Position numbers and translations under genes: made by a program. A stretch of 63,914 nucleotides of DNA, filler included, from Octopus bimaculoides (taxonomy: Eukaryota): the NCBI RefSeq assembly GCF_001194135.2. It is 4 parts of 4 records of this genome, joined end to end, with 100 filler letters (N's around TTAATTAATTAA, not from the genome) between each part and the next. Parts side by side here need not be neighbours in the genome. Positions count along the whole stretch, not along the records: positions 1 to 29,168 come from NC_068993.1; 3 more parts are not named here. One strand, given 5' to 3'. The notes under the pieces are model-generated. The model ran no database searches. It was not told where the DNA came from and saw only the letters and a program-made list of their open reading frames with translations. Positions 14,958-29,168 of this stretch are shown here, one piece after another. Each line of letters opens with the position of its first letter. The first letter of the stretch is position 1.

Positions 14958-15060
14958 TGCTGATGTTGAAATCCCGATGGAGCCTTGGATCTACGCTAGA
15001 AAGTAGTTCTTTCTCTATTGGCGAGAAATTTTGAAATAAACTGAATAATGACATACATAT
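14958..15060 (+). repeat. Short interspersed repeat ending in AAATAAACTGAATAA + (TACA) tail
   Basis: A second, reverse copy lies at about 17150-17223. Confidence 0.6.
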
Positions 15061-16058
15061 AGACAGAGATAGAAAGACATAGACGTCACTGATGCCAGAA
15101 AACCGGAAGTAAATATTTTTAAAAATATTCCAAAGACGTGACTCTAGTATAAAAAACAATATTGTTTATTTTTTTATGATCAATGTAAGTGAAGGAGACA
15201 ATCGATGTCTGAAAGTTACTTAGCAAAGAGTTACTGCCCTTCTCCACATAACTCAGGAAAGGGTATTTTCAGTCCCCATGGAACCCGGTACTCGTTATGT
15301 GAAAATTCTAAGCGTCTAAAAATCATCCATGGAACATAAGTAACGTACGTTTCCAGTTTGGAGAAAAGCAGTTGAAAAATACGGCCATTACATTCTTTTA
15401 GACGTACACAGAGAACGAGATTTATATATATAAAGTTCTTTGAACTTTGCAATTACATTCATTCTCGTCAACAAAAATGTTTTTAATATATTACAGATGT
15501 AAATTTAAGAAGCGAAGCCTGCCCATTTCTTATGCGAATATTGTTCAAAGTGCTTCCTTAGAGGATATAATATTGAAAATTTTCCTGTTGAGAAACTTTG
15601 TCGATATATAATATGAATTTTAAAACCCTCCTCTCAAGTAAATAGCGTTTACCATATATACATTTTGTTATCTTTTGAGACAAGTTATCTTTACGAGAAA
15701 CTGTCTGTGACAGAGAATTGTAGCTTGTCTGTCTCATACTGAGAATATTCAAAATTTAGAGATTAAGATCTTAACGAACGTTCATTTAATTCTGTGTTTT
15801 TTTAGTTTTGCCTTCATAATATTTATATATTTTTTCCAAACTATATGAAAAAATATTGTATGGAAAATCAATGTTTGACACATATTCAGTAAAATAAACT
15901 GCTTTTGAATAAAATATATATTAACAAACATAATTTAAAACATATACATAAAACTACGTCATGAACAAACGCATCAGCAACAACAGAAACGATGTCAAAA
16001 TCAGCAAGGACAAGAGTCAGAAGTTATAAACGAATGCATACCATTTTTAAAGTATCCT

Positions 16059-16111
<53 letters not shown>

Positions 16112-16544
16112 CACACACACACACATCTGTGCATGTGCGCGCGCGCGCCTGCTATTTTATACAGAGTAATCAATCACGTTTGACGGTCAAATGGAATAAC
16201 ATCGAAATGGGTAAGCTAGGTTTAGTATGTCGTTGCTCATGGCATTGAAGAAGGATATTTCTCTAAATGAATGCCAGATGTACGCGACATTATTCTCTTT
16301 CAACTTGTTTGTTTAGTATAAGTACTAAATGACAGTTAAGCCTCTCAAAACGTCCACCAAAAACACGTCATCAATAATGGAAGGCGATAAAATAACATCT
16401 GAATGACAAAATTTGCTGTTTTGACTGATGACGTAACGTGATGTCATTCTCTACATTTACGTTACATAAAATTATTTTAGTCTACATCGAACTAATTAGG
16501 GTCACATAGATGAATTGCAGAGTTACTGAAAGTATTATCTTGTA

Positions 16545-16853
16545 TAGTGGCTCTCAAGCAGAGCCAATATAGTCCTGAGGGTCCCTATGAGAATTTGGGG
16601 ATTCCACAGACAAAAAAGACACACTAAATATTCACGATATTGTTTTAAGCGTCTGTAAAAAGACTTTTCTTTAAATGTACGTATTGGTATGCATTGCAAG
16701 AAACAGATAGGTATATGTGAAAAAGAAAATAGGAATTTTGAAAGAATGTTCTATGAAACTTGTTTTTAAACATCGAAAGGCTAGGTGGGGTGTCCGCCAG
16801 AGAAAAATAGTAATCAAAGGAGTCCATAGATAAACAATGGTTGCGAATCCATG
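16545..16853. mobile_element. hAT (Charlie-like) MITE
   Basis: Degenerate TIRs TAGTGGCTCTCAAGC / GGTTGCGAATCCATG. 8-bp flanks ATCTTGTA and ATCTAGAA (6/8 match) fit the NTCTAGAN target preference of Charlie elements. Confidence 0.6.
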
Positions 16854-17757
16854 ATCTAGAACATCAAACTGATGGCATCAATATACTTTAAATACATGTA
16901 TAGTTTAGTAGGGGCAAGTTAGAAACCTAGTGGGAGATCAGTGACCAATAAGTGAAGTGAAAATCATCAGCTTCAGTAAATAGAAAATATTAGGTTCGAA
17001 TGAAAGGCTCCTCAGCAGCACGCGAATCAGAAGAAAACACCCTTAAATAAATCTGTCATACACCTTTAAGATGTAAAAGAGAAACAATAGTTGACACTCT
17101 CAAAATATATTTCTCTTAATGTATGAATTTGTAATTATGTATGTTTGTATGTATACATGTTATTATTCAGTTTATTTCAAGATTTCTTGGCAACACAGAA
17201 AACTGGTTTCTAATCTAGATCCAGTATAAATATTGTTGTGTCGACGCCCCAAGCGAAGAAGTAGGATCACCCAAGACATATAAATAGAGGTACTCTAGCT
17301 GTTTAGTAGCTGTTGAAAGCGTGCTACTTTGTCTGTGTTATACCTTCTCCCCATCGCTAGACAACAACCGTTGGTTTGCTTACGGCCCTGTAACTGAGCA
17401 GTTCAGCAAAGGAATTCGATGAAATCATTGACGGGCTTAAAAGAAGTGGCGGGGTCCATATTGTCGACTAAACCATATATATACGCACATATATATATAT
17501 ATACACACACATGCATGTACATATCCACATAACTGAAGTAAAACCCCTTAATACATTTGTTCTTTCCCGAGCACGACACACCCCTTGTTTCTCCTGTCAT
17601 CAGAAATGCATTGAACCAGTAATTGGTCTGTTGAAAATCTGAAACTAACGCTTGATATTTATTGCTATAAGAAATCTATAGAGTAAAAAGAGATATAAAT
17701 ATGAAAGAGAACACCACAGATTCTCGAGCGTGCACACACACACAAACACACACACAC

Positions 17758-17809
<52 letters not shown>

Positions 17810-17848
17810 TTGTGTGTGTACATATATGTTTGTGTGATATACATAATA

Positions 17849-17881
<33 letters not shown>

Positions 17882-18479
17882 CTTCTATAATATTGTACAT
17901 AGGATACAAGGATACAAGAGGCAACAGCTGTACTCAGTAATTACTGCACACATACTTCAAAAATAAATAATAAAATATGTATTAACGCAGGAAAATGCGT
18001 CAAAACCACTATAAGAATAGACCAATCAATAACCATTCATAGAATTAAATGAGATTTAGATTCTGCAATCAAAGAGTCAAAAACAGTCTTATAACGATAT
18101 GTAGTCGCAGATGAAATAGATAATAGGGAAAATGAAAAATTTGAAGAGAAAATTAGGAAAGATAATAACATCTGGTGAACCAGAGGAATATTAAAGATGG
18201 AACCTAACTAAATATAACTAAAATAGATAATATGAATAAATACATTAGTTATCCTAGTCACAAACTGAAGGTTCAATATAACGAATTTGTTGTTAAGTCA
18301 AGCTACGAATTTCAATGGAAAAACAAGAAATAAATATATGCGAACCCAATCCATCATTTCATGTATGATGGCGTCATAATGTATCTATCTCTCACATGCA
18401 GACGTACAGTAGGAGAGAAAACAATGCGGAAACAATACGAAGCAGATAAGTGCATTTATGATAAGACAGAAGTAGATGC

Positions 18480-18790
18480 ATTCCAGAAGTTTTGAGACTC
18501 TTTCAAGAAGAACATTTAGGCACCTCGAAGAAGTACAGAACCCTTCTAGTTTGCTTCAAAGTAGGATCCTCTGACTTCAATGTACGTCCTAATAGAGTCC
18601 AGTTACTTCATGAATGTTCCATGGAAGTCCTCCAAAATGAAGGTATCTAAGGCCTCTATTTCACCCTCCGTCATCTTTTCTTTCAGCCTGGGTAAAATGT
18701 CACAGGGAATTGTAGGAAGAGTAAGGGATATTTTTGAGACCCATCCTTCTCGAGTAATCGGTGAAGTGGATGAAATTGTCCACTAGATTT
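18480..18790 (-). mobile_element. mariner transposase C-terminal relic
   Basis: Minus-strand PCDILPRLKEKM...LDTFILEDFHGTFMK*LDSIRTYIEVRGSYFEAN* resembles the mariner C-terminus. Confidence 0.7.
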
Positions 18791-19681
18791 TTGTCCTGTT
18801 GGTGGTGTCCTGGCATCTTGCTCAAAAGTTTAAAACTCCTTCAAAACCCCCACACCGTACTCATTATTGACAACCTGTCAACAGAGAACCCATAGATGTA
18901 GACGACGCCCTTATTTTTGAAAAATGGGGGATCATCATGGGGTTCCCGGCAATTTTTTTTTGCCCGCACTCTTGTGCCAGCGGAAAACATACTCGGTTCA
19001 TACAATTCAATCCTTAAGTAGTCTCGAGGATGCCATATGCTTATGAAAGTGCTGAAAAGTAGTATTAGAAGGGTATGTTGTTGAAAGTTTGGTTACGAGC
19101 ACCTTCACTCTGTAATAATAACCGTTGGCAGGTCAGCTTATTTGATATATTAATATTATACTAATCTAGGGTAATTATCACTGCCCTCCTAAAAATGTCT
19201 CAAAACCTCTGAAATGGACCTTGTATATATCAATAATACTGTGTATATATGTGTGTTTCGTTGTATGTATGAATGTACGTATTTTTATACATACATGTTC
19301 GGAGAGTGGGAGGGAAACCGGGCAAATGATAGGTGCAGTCCACAGGTTTCAGACGTCAAGCTTTCAAATACATACATGTACAAGAAGCAACAGTATATGA
19401 AATGTGTACTCGTAAAAATTGGTTTGTAATTAACAATCAGCCCACAGACTGCTTAGCAATTTTACGGAAATCTGTCGTCTTGATTAAATGGGTATCCATA
19501 TTTTAACTGGCGTGTGATTTAAGATTGCATTGTATATGTGTTATTAATGTTTTTGCCCAGACTCCTTCCATCTATCCTCATAACCACGTCTGAAGGAGAT
19601 GAGTCTGATTCAAGAAAGGATGCTCCGTCGTAAGAAAAGAGATCCATCACAACCGATGTTTTATTGGAAATAATAAAGTGA

Positions 19682-20075
19682 TCATGGCTGTGTGCTACAT
19701 GGTTCCGGGTTCAGTGCCACCGCGTGGCAACATGGATGAGTTTGTTCTACTATACCCGCGGGCCGACCAAAGCCTTGGGAGTGGATTTGGTAGATGGAAA
19801 CTGAAAGAAGAATGCCGTATATTTATATGTGTGTGTACGCGTGAGTATATGTGCGTGTGTGTGTGTGCGAGTGTTTGTGTCTGTGTTTGTTCACCCAGAC
19901 TGCTGGACAACTGGCGACGGTGTGTTTACGTTCTCTTAACGTAACGGTTCGACAAAAGCGACCGAGAGAATAAGTACAGGGCTTGAAAATAAAATAAGTC
20001 TCAAAGTCAATTTCTTCGAATGAAAATCCTTGAGGGATCTGCCCCAGTATGGCCACGGTGTAGTGATTGAAAAAA
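19682..20075 (+). mobile_element. SINE family B (diverged, deletion in head)
   Basis: Same order of head, CORE-like segment, (TG) tract and tail. Confidence 0.75.
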
Positions 20076-21216
20076 AACGATTTACATTACATTTTGCTGA
20101 CGACTACGAGTTAGTATAGGCGTTGTTTTACTGTAGGTTACTGAGTACCAAAGAATTCAACCCTGTATTACATTTAGAAGCGAGTGTCTGCGGGCCAAGC
20201 AAGTGCTGTTAACAGAATAACTGAAATGGGGCTATAACATTATTTCATTTACTCTAAAAAATAAAATACTTGCATGTATATTCTATATCATATGGTTTCT
20301 TCTACACCAAAAGGCGTTGACAAGAAATAGAATAGCGCTCGATTCGTATCATGCCCAAAGTATGAGGAAGTAATATTCAAATACACAAAAACAAATTGAA
20401 AGAGAGATAAACAATTTTCAAAAGAAAATAAACTGAATAAAAAAAAAAATCATGAAACAAGCAGGAACGCAGTTTCAGCTTCTCACATTTCAACACTGAA
20501 AGCGCAAATTTGCTGAATATCCGCAAAAATTGTGACAACAATTAGAGCAGTAACAACGGTTGCAGCAGCCAAAACAGCAGCATTTAGAACAGTTGCAACA
20601 GCAGCAGCTGCAACAACAGTTGCAATAAAAACAAGAGTATGAACTAATACTTCTATAATACTAACGAAAGTTTCCAAAAATATCTCTTTTTATATGGAAG
20701 CAAGGCAACGGAATGTCACACACGCATGTCCTTTCTTTAAGAAATTTAACTAAAAATGGAAGATATATGACTATGTATAGGCATGTATATATGAATATAT
20801 ATATATATGATAATATAAATAATGTATCCATGCATATATACATACATATATGTACATACCTCTATACGCATGTACATATACGTATGTATATATGCATAGA
20901 TATATTATTTATATTATTATATGATTGGACACCACGCATCCTTTTCCAAGTAAGTTTTATCTTCATAATTCTGATGCGACACTCCATTCCACCCTATCAG
21001 TCTTTAGTTTTCTCTCTTCTTTTCTCTTATTCTTTTACCACGTCTTCCCCCCCTCTCGTTTTCTCTCTCTTATCCTTTCTCCATATCTTTTCCTCTCCCT
21101 TTTAAATTTCTCTGTCAGTCGCTCACCCTCTCTCATTCTTCTTCCTTTGGTGTCGTGGCTCCTACGTTACCATCTTCCATCTTTCTTTCGTTTCCAAACT
21201 TGTGTTTCCTTCTGTT

Positions 21217-21542
21217 GCAGCTGGAGGAATCAGGCGCATTCATGCCTGTCTTTTGTCCGAGTGGGTTTCTCCGCGTTCGCCACCTCATCTCGTTTAGGCT
21301 TAGCAGAACTTCCTGTTTGTTTTCAATGTCATGTTTTTGTTACCGATTTTGACCCTCTGAAAAATCCCAAATTTTATTTACTTTGCTTTGCGGCACCAAC
21401 TGCTTTGTCGAAAACGTATCTTGTAATAAATTGCTCGAAATACGAAGAAGAAAAACAGTCGACAACTGATGAAGAGTCGTTTTTTATGTTGCTTGTCTTG
21501 TTTTCCATTTGTTTCTTTCGTTCTTGCAAACAAAAAGCTCAT
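21217..21542 (+). repeat. Unclassified ~325-bp interspersed repeat, copy 1
   Basis: Matches the reverse complement of 34264-34588 (e.g. GTTTAGGCTTAGCAG..CTTCCTGTTTGTTTTCA; TTTTGACCCTC..AAAATCCCAAATTT; CAACTGATGAAG). Confidence 0.8.
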
Positions 21543-23255
21543 ATTTATATTTATAAACGCTATTATAACATTTGATTTTTTTCACACATCACAAAACTGG
21601 GACCGTTAGAAATTCACGAGAAGAGAAATAACGCTTTCTAATAGATAAATACTTATACGGGTGTATCTTGTTGAGAAATAGAGTTACACACAACTTTGGG
21701 AATATTTCTCAAGCAGGCGTGAAAATATTCAAGACAATAATATCCAACTTTTAAAGAATTGTTGATGTTGATCTTAGCTTGTTGGCTTGTCACATCTGTA
21801 TACCATGCGGTATATCAGGATGAATTAAATAGGTTAATCGTTGATGATTATATGTATGTTTAAACGTATCTACGTATGGAAATATTGCTCATACACATGG
21901 AAGCACATACATAGGTACATATATATGTAATGCATAAATGACGCTACACACATACACACACACATACGCATATATATATATATATATGTATATGGATTAA
22001 AGTGTATATGTATGTATATATGTATATACATACGTGTGTGTGTGTATACATATGTATAGGTGTGGCTTTCTGCGTATGAGTGTTAGTATTCCATACATTT
22101 TTTGGTATTCCGCATTTCTTTTTTTTCTTTCTGCTGCTTAAGTTTAGCATTCCCAATGTAATTGTTTTTGCCTTTTTGGGTGAATCATGTATATATAACA
22201 ACATACACACGAATCAACACCCCCACAAAATGTTACACACAGACATATNNNNNNNNNNNNNNNNNNNNNNNNNNNNNNNNNNNNNNNNNNNNNNNNNNNN
22301 NNNNNNNNNNNNNNNNNNNNNNNNNNNNNNNNNNNNNNNNNNNNNNNNNNNNNNNNNNNNNNNNNNNNNNNNNNNNNNNNNNNNNNNNNNNNNNNNNNNN
22401 NNNNNNNNNNNNNNNNNNNNNNNNNNNNNNNNNNNNNNNNNNNNNNNNNNNNNNNNNNNNNNNNNNNNNNNNNNNNNNNTATAGTATGTAGTAGCTGTCA
22501 GAAATTGGATATTGTATTTGTGACTATACAAACTGTACATGTGTGAAGCGTTAAGAAATTTTATACCATTGATGGTTTATATCTTTTCTTCCGCCATCAC
22601 TTTCTGTTTTGCTTTGAGTATTCTTTTTTTTTTTGTGTGTTATTCTTCAAAGAAAATCTGCAAAATGATTTTGAATTTCCATTGCAAATATTCCTTCTCA
22701 TTACATTTCAGATATATGCTTCTATGTCTCAGTTTGGCTTACTTTTTCACACAGGCATACTTCTGTGTACAAACATACATCGAGAGATAGAGAGGTAGAT
22801 ATACTTATATATATATATATATATATACAAAATAATAATAAGCATAACGTGTGTGCGTGTGTGTGTGCGTGCGTGTGTGCGAGTATGATTTTATTTCAGA
22901 ATATCTTATTTCTGAATGTATTTAGTAAAAAAAACAAAAATAAATAAATAAATAACAAGAAAAACAAAAGAGCAGAAACACGTCTAGTATTGAGCATCTA
23001 CTGCAAGAGTCTGCCCGAATCATTATATATAATTACCTCCTCATTCACCGATATATCCTTTACTTCCTGCTCCTCTATACTAGAGAGAAACTGCAACATT
23101 TGTGTCCTCGATACTCACTGTTTATGTATAATGCTGATTGCTCGCTTCATCTAATTAACGGAGGCGTTCGAGTATGGTGAAGTAGTTAATTCTTAACCAT
23201 GGGATATGGATAACACGGATATCGATGTCATTGTAGGGCTCATCTCATTTATTCG

Positions 23256-23292
<37 letters not shown>

Positions 23293-24782
23293 NNNNNNNN
23301 NNNNNNNNNNNNNNNNNNNNNNNNNNNNNNNNNNNNNNNNNNNNNNNNNNNNNNNNNNNNNNNNNNNNNNNNNNNNNNNNNNNNNNNNNNNNNNNNNNNN
23401 NNNNNNNNNNNNNNNNNNNNNNNNNNNNNNNNNNNNNNNNNNNNNNNNNNNNNNNNNNNNNNNNNNNNNNNNNNNNNNNNNNNNNNNNNNNNNNNNNNNN
23501 NNNNNNNNNNNNNNNNNNNNNNNNNNNNNNNNNNNNNNNNNNNNNNNNNNNNNNNNNNNNNNNNNNNNNNNNNNNNNNNTATATAGGTGTATATATATAT
23601 AGATAGATAGATAGAGAGATAAATAGATACTTGCGTGGTAGTGTTTACGCATGTTTTTTTTTTTAAATATACATTCTTAGAGCTATACTTATATACATGT
23701 GAGTGTATATGTTTACAGACAGAAATATGTATCATTCTGTATACATTCCTTCTATCTTTCCTACCTACCTACCTACCTACCTACCTACCTACCTACCGCC
23801 ATATATATCGGTCTTTCTATCTATCTATCTATCTATCTTTATATCTATTTGTCTGTCTGTCTGTCAGTCCATGCATTGTATCTGTTAGTTCCTTTCTCTC
23901 TTTTACGGTATGCAAATTGCAGTAGCTAAAGTTTACTCGAGACACCTTTTTATTCATAAAAGCATTCATCATCAAAGTGGCTGATATTAGTCGAATATAC
24001 TCGGATAATACAGCCTACCAGCAGTTATATCACATTTGTATAATATCATCTTTTGAAATATTCCATCATTATCATCGCGTGTCACTAACAACGGGAGAAA
24101 TTTTTAATTAAAGCTGATATTTTGTTACATAAGGCATCCATAATATGACATCAAAACAATTCAAATATCAAGCTTTAGTTCATTTTCACTCCTAATAACT
24201 GAATATATTGTTTATTATTGTCTATGAAGATAAGTTAACTGTTGAGGATTTACATCATTGTCTCTGGAAGCTCTATCGATCGGTGAATTTCGTAAATACA
24301 TGCTAAATATATTGTGAAGGCATAGTCATATTAAATGCTGTTTGTTTTTCTGTTATTCAATGCTGGTGATGAAACTCATGCACATCAGAGGAAAGATCTG
24401 GCTATGATATAAGGGGTGCAACGAAATGTGAGCTTCACAGGGCGTTGTTTATCATATCTGATTTTGATGATTTCACCTGTCGTAGTTCAAAGTGTAGATA
24501 AACCTCCGGGAATATACTGTTTAGACTCGTCCCTTACTTCGGGCACTTCTCTGTACATAGCGATGGAAGTTATCGTAAGTTTGTGCTCACGGAATTTACT
24601 CTGTATACTCTACCAGCTCAGATTACAATAAACCTTTTAGGTCTCTCAGTTTTAAAGTAAGTTATGCTTGCCAGGACAATATTATTTCCTAACCACTCGC
24701 TACAATACAACGCTTAAATTCCTGCAATGCAAACTCGAAACTAATGTGTGGATGTCTAGTTAACAATATTCCAAAACACATT

Positions 24783-25001
24783 TACGACAGGTTGTTGAAA
24801 AGTACCTAGCTATAAGGATGTCACGGAAGGCCTGTTGCAGAAGGCCTGGCCAAACCTTCCGAGTTCTTTTACAAGGCTTAGAAAAACTGAAGAACCACTG
24901 CGATAAGTGTGTGAATCTGCGAGCGAAATGTGTTTAATAAAATCGTAATTATCTAATCACCCTATATATTCTTCTAGCAAGTCAAGAACTGGCTTAGCGT
25001 A
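24783..25001 (+). mobile_element. Non-autonomous mariner derivative
   Basis: Starts TACGACAGGTTGTTGAAAAGTACCTAGC (mariner TIR-like) and carries the C-terminal remnant LQGLEKLKNHCDKCVNLRAKCV*. Right TIR is degenerate. Confidence 0.6.
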
Positions 25002-25586
25002 CATCTAGATGTACCATATATTAAATATATGCACAGCATTTTGATTGTACTACAATTATATGTGGTTTGACGCAAAAGATTTCAATATTGATAATTCTTT
25101 GGACGAACAGACAGGGAACGTGCTGAATCCCAATGTAATCCTTCTATAAACTAAGGTTGTAAGGAATCTGGACTTCTCTACATAGCACACAAAACTGTCG
25201 CTAGAGAATCTTCTTATTCTAAGGGAACGCATAACTGTATACAAGAAATTGCGAGTTTTGGTACAGACAGCAATATTTCTTTATAATAAGTCTGAACACT
25301 TTGTTTAACTTCCATGTTTCCATAATTTGTCACTAGGAAGAGTTTTATGCAGCTGACATCTCTCAGGGTTATGTGAGAAATTCGTGAAAATGCAGTTGAA
25401 GAAATGAAACTAGAATATTTTTTTTTCTTTTGTCTGGCGATTATGTCGTATTTTCTTCAATCGCTGAGTTACAATTCTATAAAGCAAACAACAATACTGA
25501 TTGTCATTTGCTGGGAGACAATACAATTATAAACACACGCTTACTCACACACACTCATATACTTAGGATCACAGTCAGACGCACAT

Positions 25587-25767
25587 GTAAGCTCACACAG
25601 ACACACAGGTAAGCTCACACAGACACACAGGTAAGCTCACACAGACACACAGGTAAGCTCACACAGACACACNNNNNNNNNNTAAGCTCACACAGACACA
25701 CAGGTAAGCTCACACAGACACACAGGTAAGCTCACACAGACACACAGGTAAGCTCACACAGACACAC
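25587..25767 (+). repeat. 22-bp minisatellite (GTAAGCTCACACAGACACACAG), at least 8 units
   Basis: Identical units, 4 on each side of a 10-N gap. Confidence 0.95.
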
Positions 25768-27331
25768 GCATATCGCGAACTTCCACATAATTTCCCCTCT
25801 ACGAAATTCACTTACAATGCAATTCATAAAGTGCAGCGCAATAGGTTTGAATCTGAAATCCCGTGGCCGCAAAGTGAACTTTTTAATTGCAAAGACATAT
25901 CTGCATCTAAAATTTCAAACCTGCATTTAACAAAGTATTCATTTAAAGTAAAGATATAAATCGGTTGAGATTTTATTCGGGGCGGACATTTGTTTGGTTA
26001 CTCTTAGTATCAGTTAAATAGATACAGCCTGTTTATATATACATACGGTATTATTAAAACAAGGAGTGATATTGTAATTAAATTGGTATGAAACAAGATA
26101 CAGAATTTCATTTAAACTGGATGTTTTCACTTTCTGCAACTTCTATATCAACACTGAATTTTTGTTTCAATTTATGCTACTCGTATATCATTTATCATCT
26201 TGATAACAAGATTAAGATTTTTTCAGAAAAAATGACATTCGAGATTTCAATATGAATAAGTAATAGATAATAGAATATAATTTTCGATTATCAGATCTTA
26301 TTTGGCTATACATATAATCACACTTCTTCTCAATAATCATTACCGACCACCCATGTTGCTATGAAACTAATAACACACGCAACAAAGATAATAATATAAA
26401 TATATGTAAAGACGAAAGAAAAAGAAAAAAAACGTTTAATTCTGCGTAATGACCACGTATGTGGTGACCTTATATTTAACAATAAGTAAACAGATGACTC
26501 ACTAACATAATGTTTCGGCTTTTATGCACATGCGCACAAACGCACGCACACACAGATACACACACACACACACACACAAAACAAGTGAAATGCAGGGCAG
26601 ATCTGTGATAAGCATTTCATAAATGGGTAACCGAGCATTTACTTTATGTGAACGGAGGGCCGGTCGTAATTAGGTATTAGTAATATAGACTTTTAGTGCC
26701 CAGAGCACATATAATTAAATTGGAAGGCAAACGACCTGTCCGTCTCTTACATTCACGGAAAGGACGACTACTCAATTAGAACATAGCCGGGAAATCATGA
26801 AACATTCTCTAACTACAATATTCAACAGTAGCTAATATAAGTGATATTCATTTGAATGATGACAAGGGTTGTTTTAGTATACGTAACATGTCAGATAAAC
26901 AAAAGCTATAGATACGATTATCACTTGGAATATGAAGAAATTACGATTATCGGTTGGAATATGAAAAATTTTCAGGGGCTATAGTAGTGCAACCATATCC
27001 TTGGTCTGAGAGATTTCAGAAAAATAGGAACAAATGTTGTAGCATTCCTAAAAATCGTTATTAGTCACACCCAAAATAAAGAGTATGTGAAATGTTTAAG
27101 TCAGTAGGTTTGAGATTATTCTATGTATAGACGGTCCGGAGTTTCTAACTATAGCCGCTGGAAGTAAAGTTTGTGCAGATATGCAATATCTAGTATCAGT
27201 ATATACAGCTGTACAATTTACATACTTAGCATCTAATTATCATTGGAGGTCATCGATCCCGTACCTTCAGGAAGAGAGATTTTTATATAAGTGGAAATAT
27301 TTGTCTATGAATGCACACGGGTATACATACA

Positions 27332-27378
<47 letters not shown>

Positions 27379-27838
27379 NNNNNNNNNNNNNNNNNNNNNN
27401 NNNNNNNNNNNNNNNNNNNNNNNNNNNNNNNNNNNNNNNNNNNNNNNNNNNNNNNNNNNNNNNNNNNNNNNNNNNNNNNNNNNNNNNNNNNNNNNNNNNN
27501 NNNNNNNNNNNNNNNNNNNNNNNNNNNNNNNNNNNNNNNNNNNNNNNNNNNNNNNNNNNNNNNNNNNNNNNNNNNNNNNNNNNNNNNNNNNNNNNNNNNN
27601 NNNNNNNNNNNNNNNNNNNNNNNNNNNNNNNNNNNNNNNNNNNNNNNNNNNNNNNNNNNNNNNNNNNNNNNNNNNNNNNNNNNNNNNNNNNNNNNNNNNN
27701 NNNNNNNNNNNNNNNNNNNNNNNNNNNNNNNNNNNNNNNNNNNNNNNNNNNNNNNNNNNNNNNNNNNNNNNNNNNNNNNNNNNNNNNNNNNNNNNNNNNN
27801 NNNNNNNNNNNNNNNNNNNNNNNNNNNNNNNNNNNNNG

Positions 27839-27876
27839 ATAGATAGACAGACAGACAGACAGATAGATAGATATAC

Positions 27877-27937
<61 letters not shown>

Positions 27938-27950
27938 CATAGATAGATAG
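27839..27950. repeat. (GATA)n/(GACA)n microsatellite
   Basis: Direct reading. Confidence 0.95.
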
Positions 27951-29168
27951 AAATAAATGGAGAGATAGATTGGATAGATTGATAGATAGATAGATAAATT
28001 GGTAAGTATGGATGTGTGGTTGTATATATATGTGTGTTTGTGGGTGTGTACGCAAGTGTGTCGTATGTGTGTATATGTATGAAATATCTGTTCCTGCTCA
28101 TTTTCATATGCCTATTTGTATATGTGAATGTATGCTTATAGGTAAGTATAGGAAAGTGCCTTTTGTTTATACTTGAGAACGGGAGCATTATCTTGAGACT
28201 AATGCGAGTTTCACGAATGTATTCAATTGTAAACATAGTTAGCTAGCTACATACATTCTGTTTGTCTATGTACATTTTTAAAGGGCAGAGCAAGTTCTGC
28301 TCACATATCCTTAGCTCTATTTGAAATGAGTGTTAGATACGACAAATACATGCTGTTTGTTCTTGTAAATTATATTATGTCTTTGTTTTTTCTTTTCGTT
28401 TATTTATTTTATAATTTTTTTTTTTCGATATTTTGTATGTCGAAAGAAATATATCTATTCCGCAGAGTGAGAACAAGTTGCACAAAAATGTATATATCTA
28501 TGCAAAAGATTAGTTTCTTATAGACGCATATTTCTACATATAACAGTATAAATATACAAAAGCATAGATATGCATGCACATATGAATGTATATAATCGGT
28601 ATTTTATCTATGTATATAATGTGGAAGTTCTTATGAGTGATAGCCATCTTAAAATTAAGTGATGATTTTCAAGACCCTGATACATAGAGGAAGTGATAAC
28701 TTATTGACATATATTTAAGAAGACACCACTGATGAGACTGTAATAAGGACCGAACATCGTTTAAAGCTGTTCAGAATTTGTTTAATCTACAGACATCTGT
28801 GTAAGTTTGTCATGTGTGTGTATGTCCATCATGTAGCCTTACATATATTAGGTCAAACCTAGATACTACAGAGATTGGACTTACAGTTGAAATCCTTCTT
28901 TTATCAAATAATTTGCTGAGGAATTGTAGAATACAGATTAGGAGCTCCAGTAGTCTAGAGTAATACATTTAATACATATATTACAAGATTGGTTATATGT
29001 CTCTACTGTATTAGGCAAGTGATGCAGAAATTTCTGGTGGTGAAAGAGTCGAAAATTTATTGGTGCTCTTCATCATTCCTCTAAATCTACGGTAATATGT
29101 AAATTTAACAATACTGGATTTCTACTACGTGACTTTATATATATGTATGCATTTATATATATATATAT

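Noticed and set aside
21450-21480. Type II hammerhead in the 325-bp repeat (GAAA...CTGATGAAG)
   Set aside because: Stems I and III cannot be formed in either copy.
25587-25767. CRISPR array
   Set aside because: The units are contiguous with no unique spacers, the context is eukaryotic, and there are no cas genes.
28729-28762. Hammerhead-like CTGATGA...CGAAC
   Set aside because: Stem II and stem I do not pair and GAAA is incomplete.
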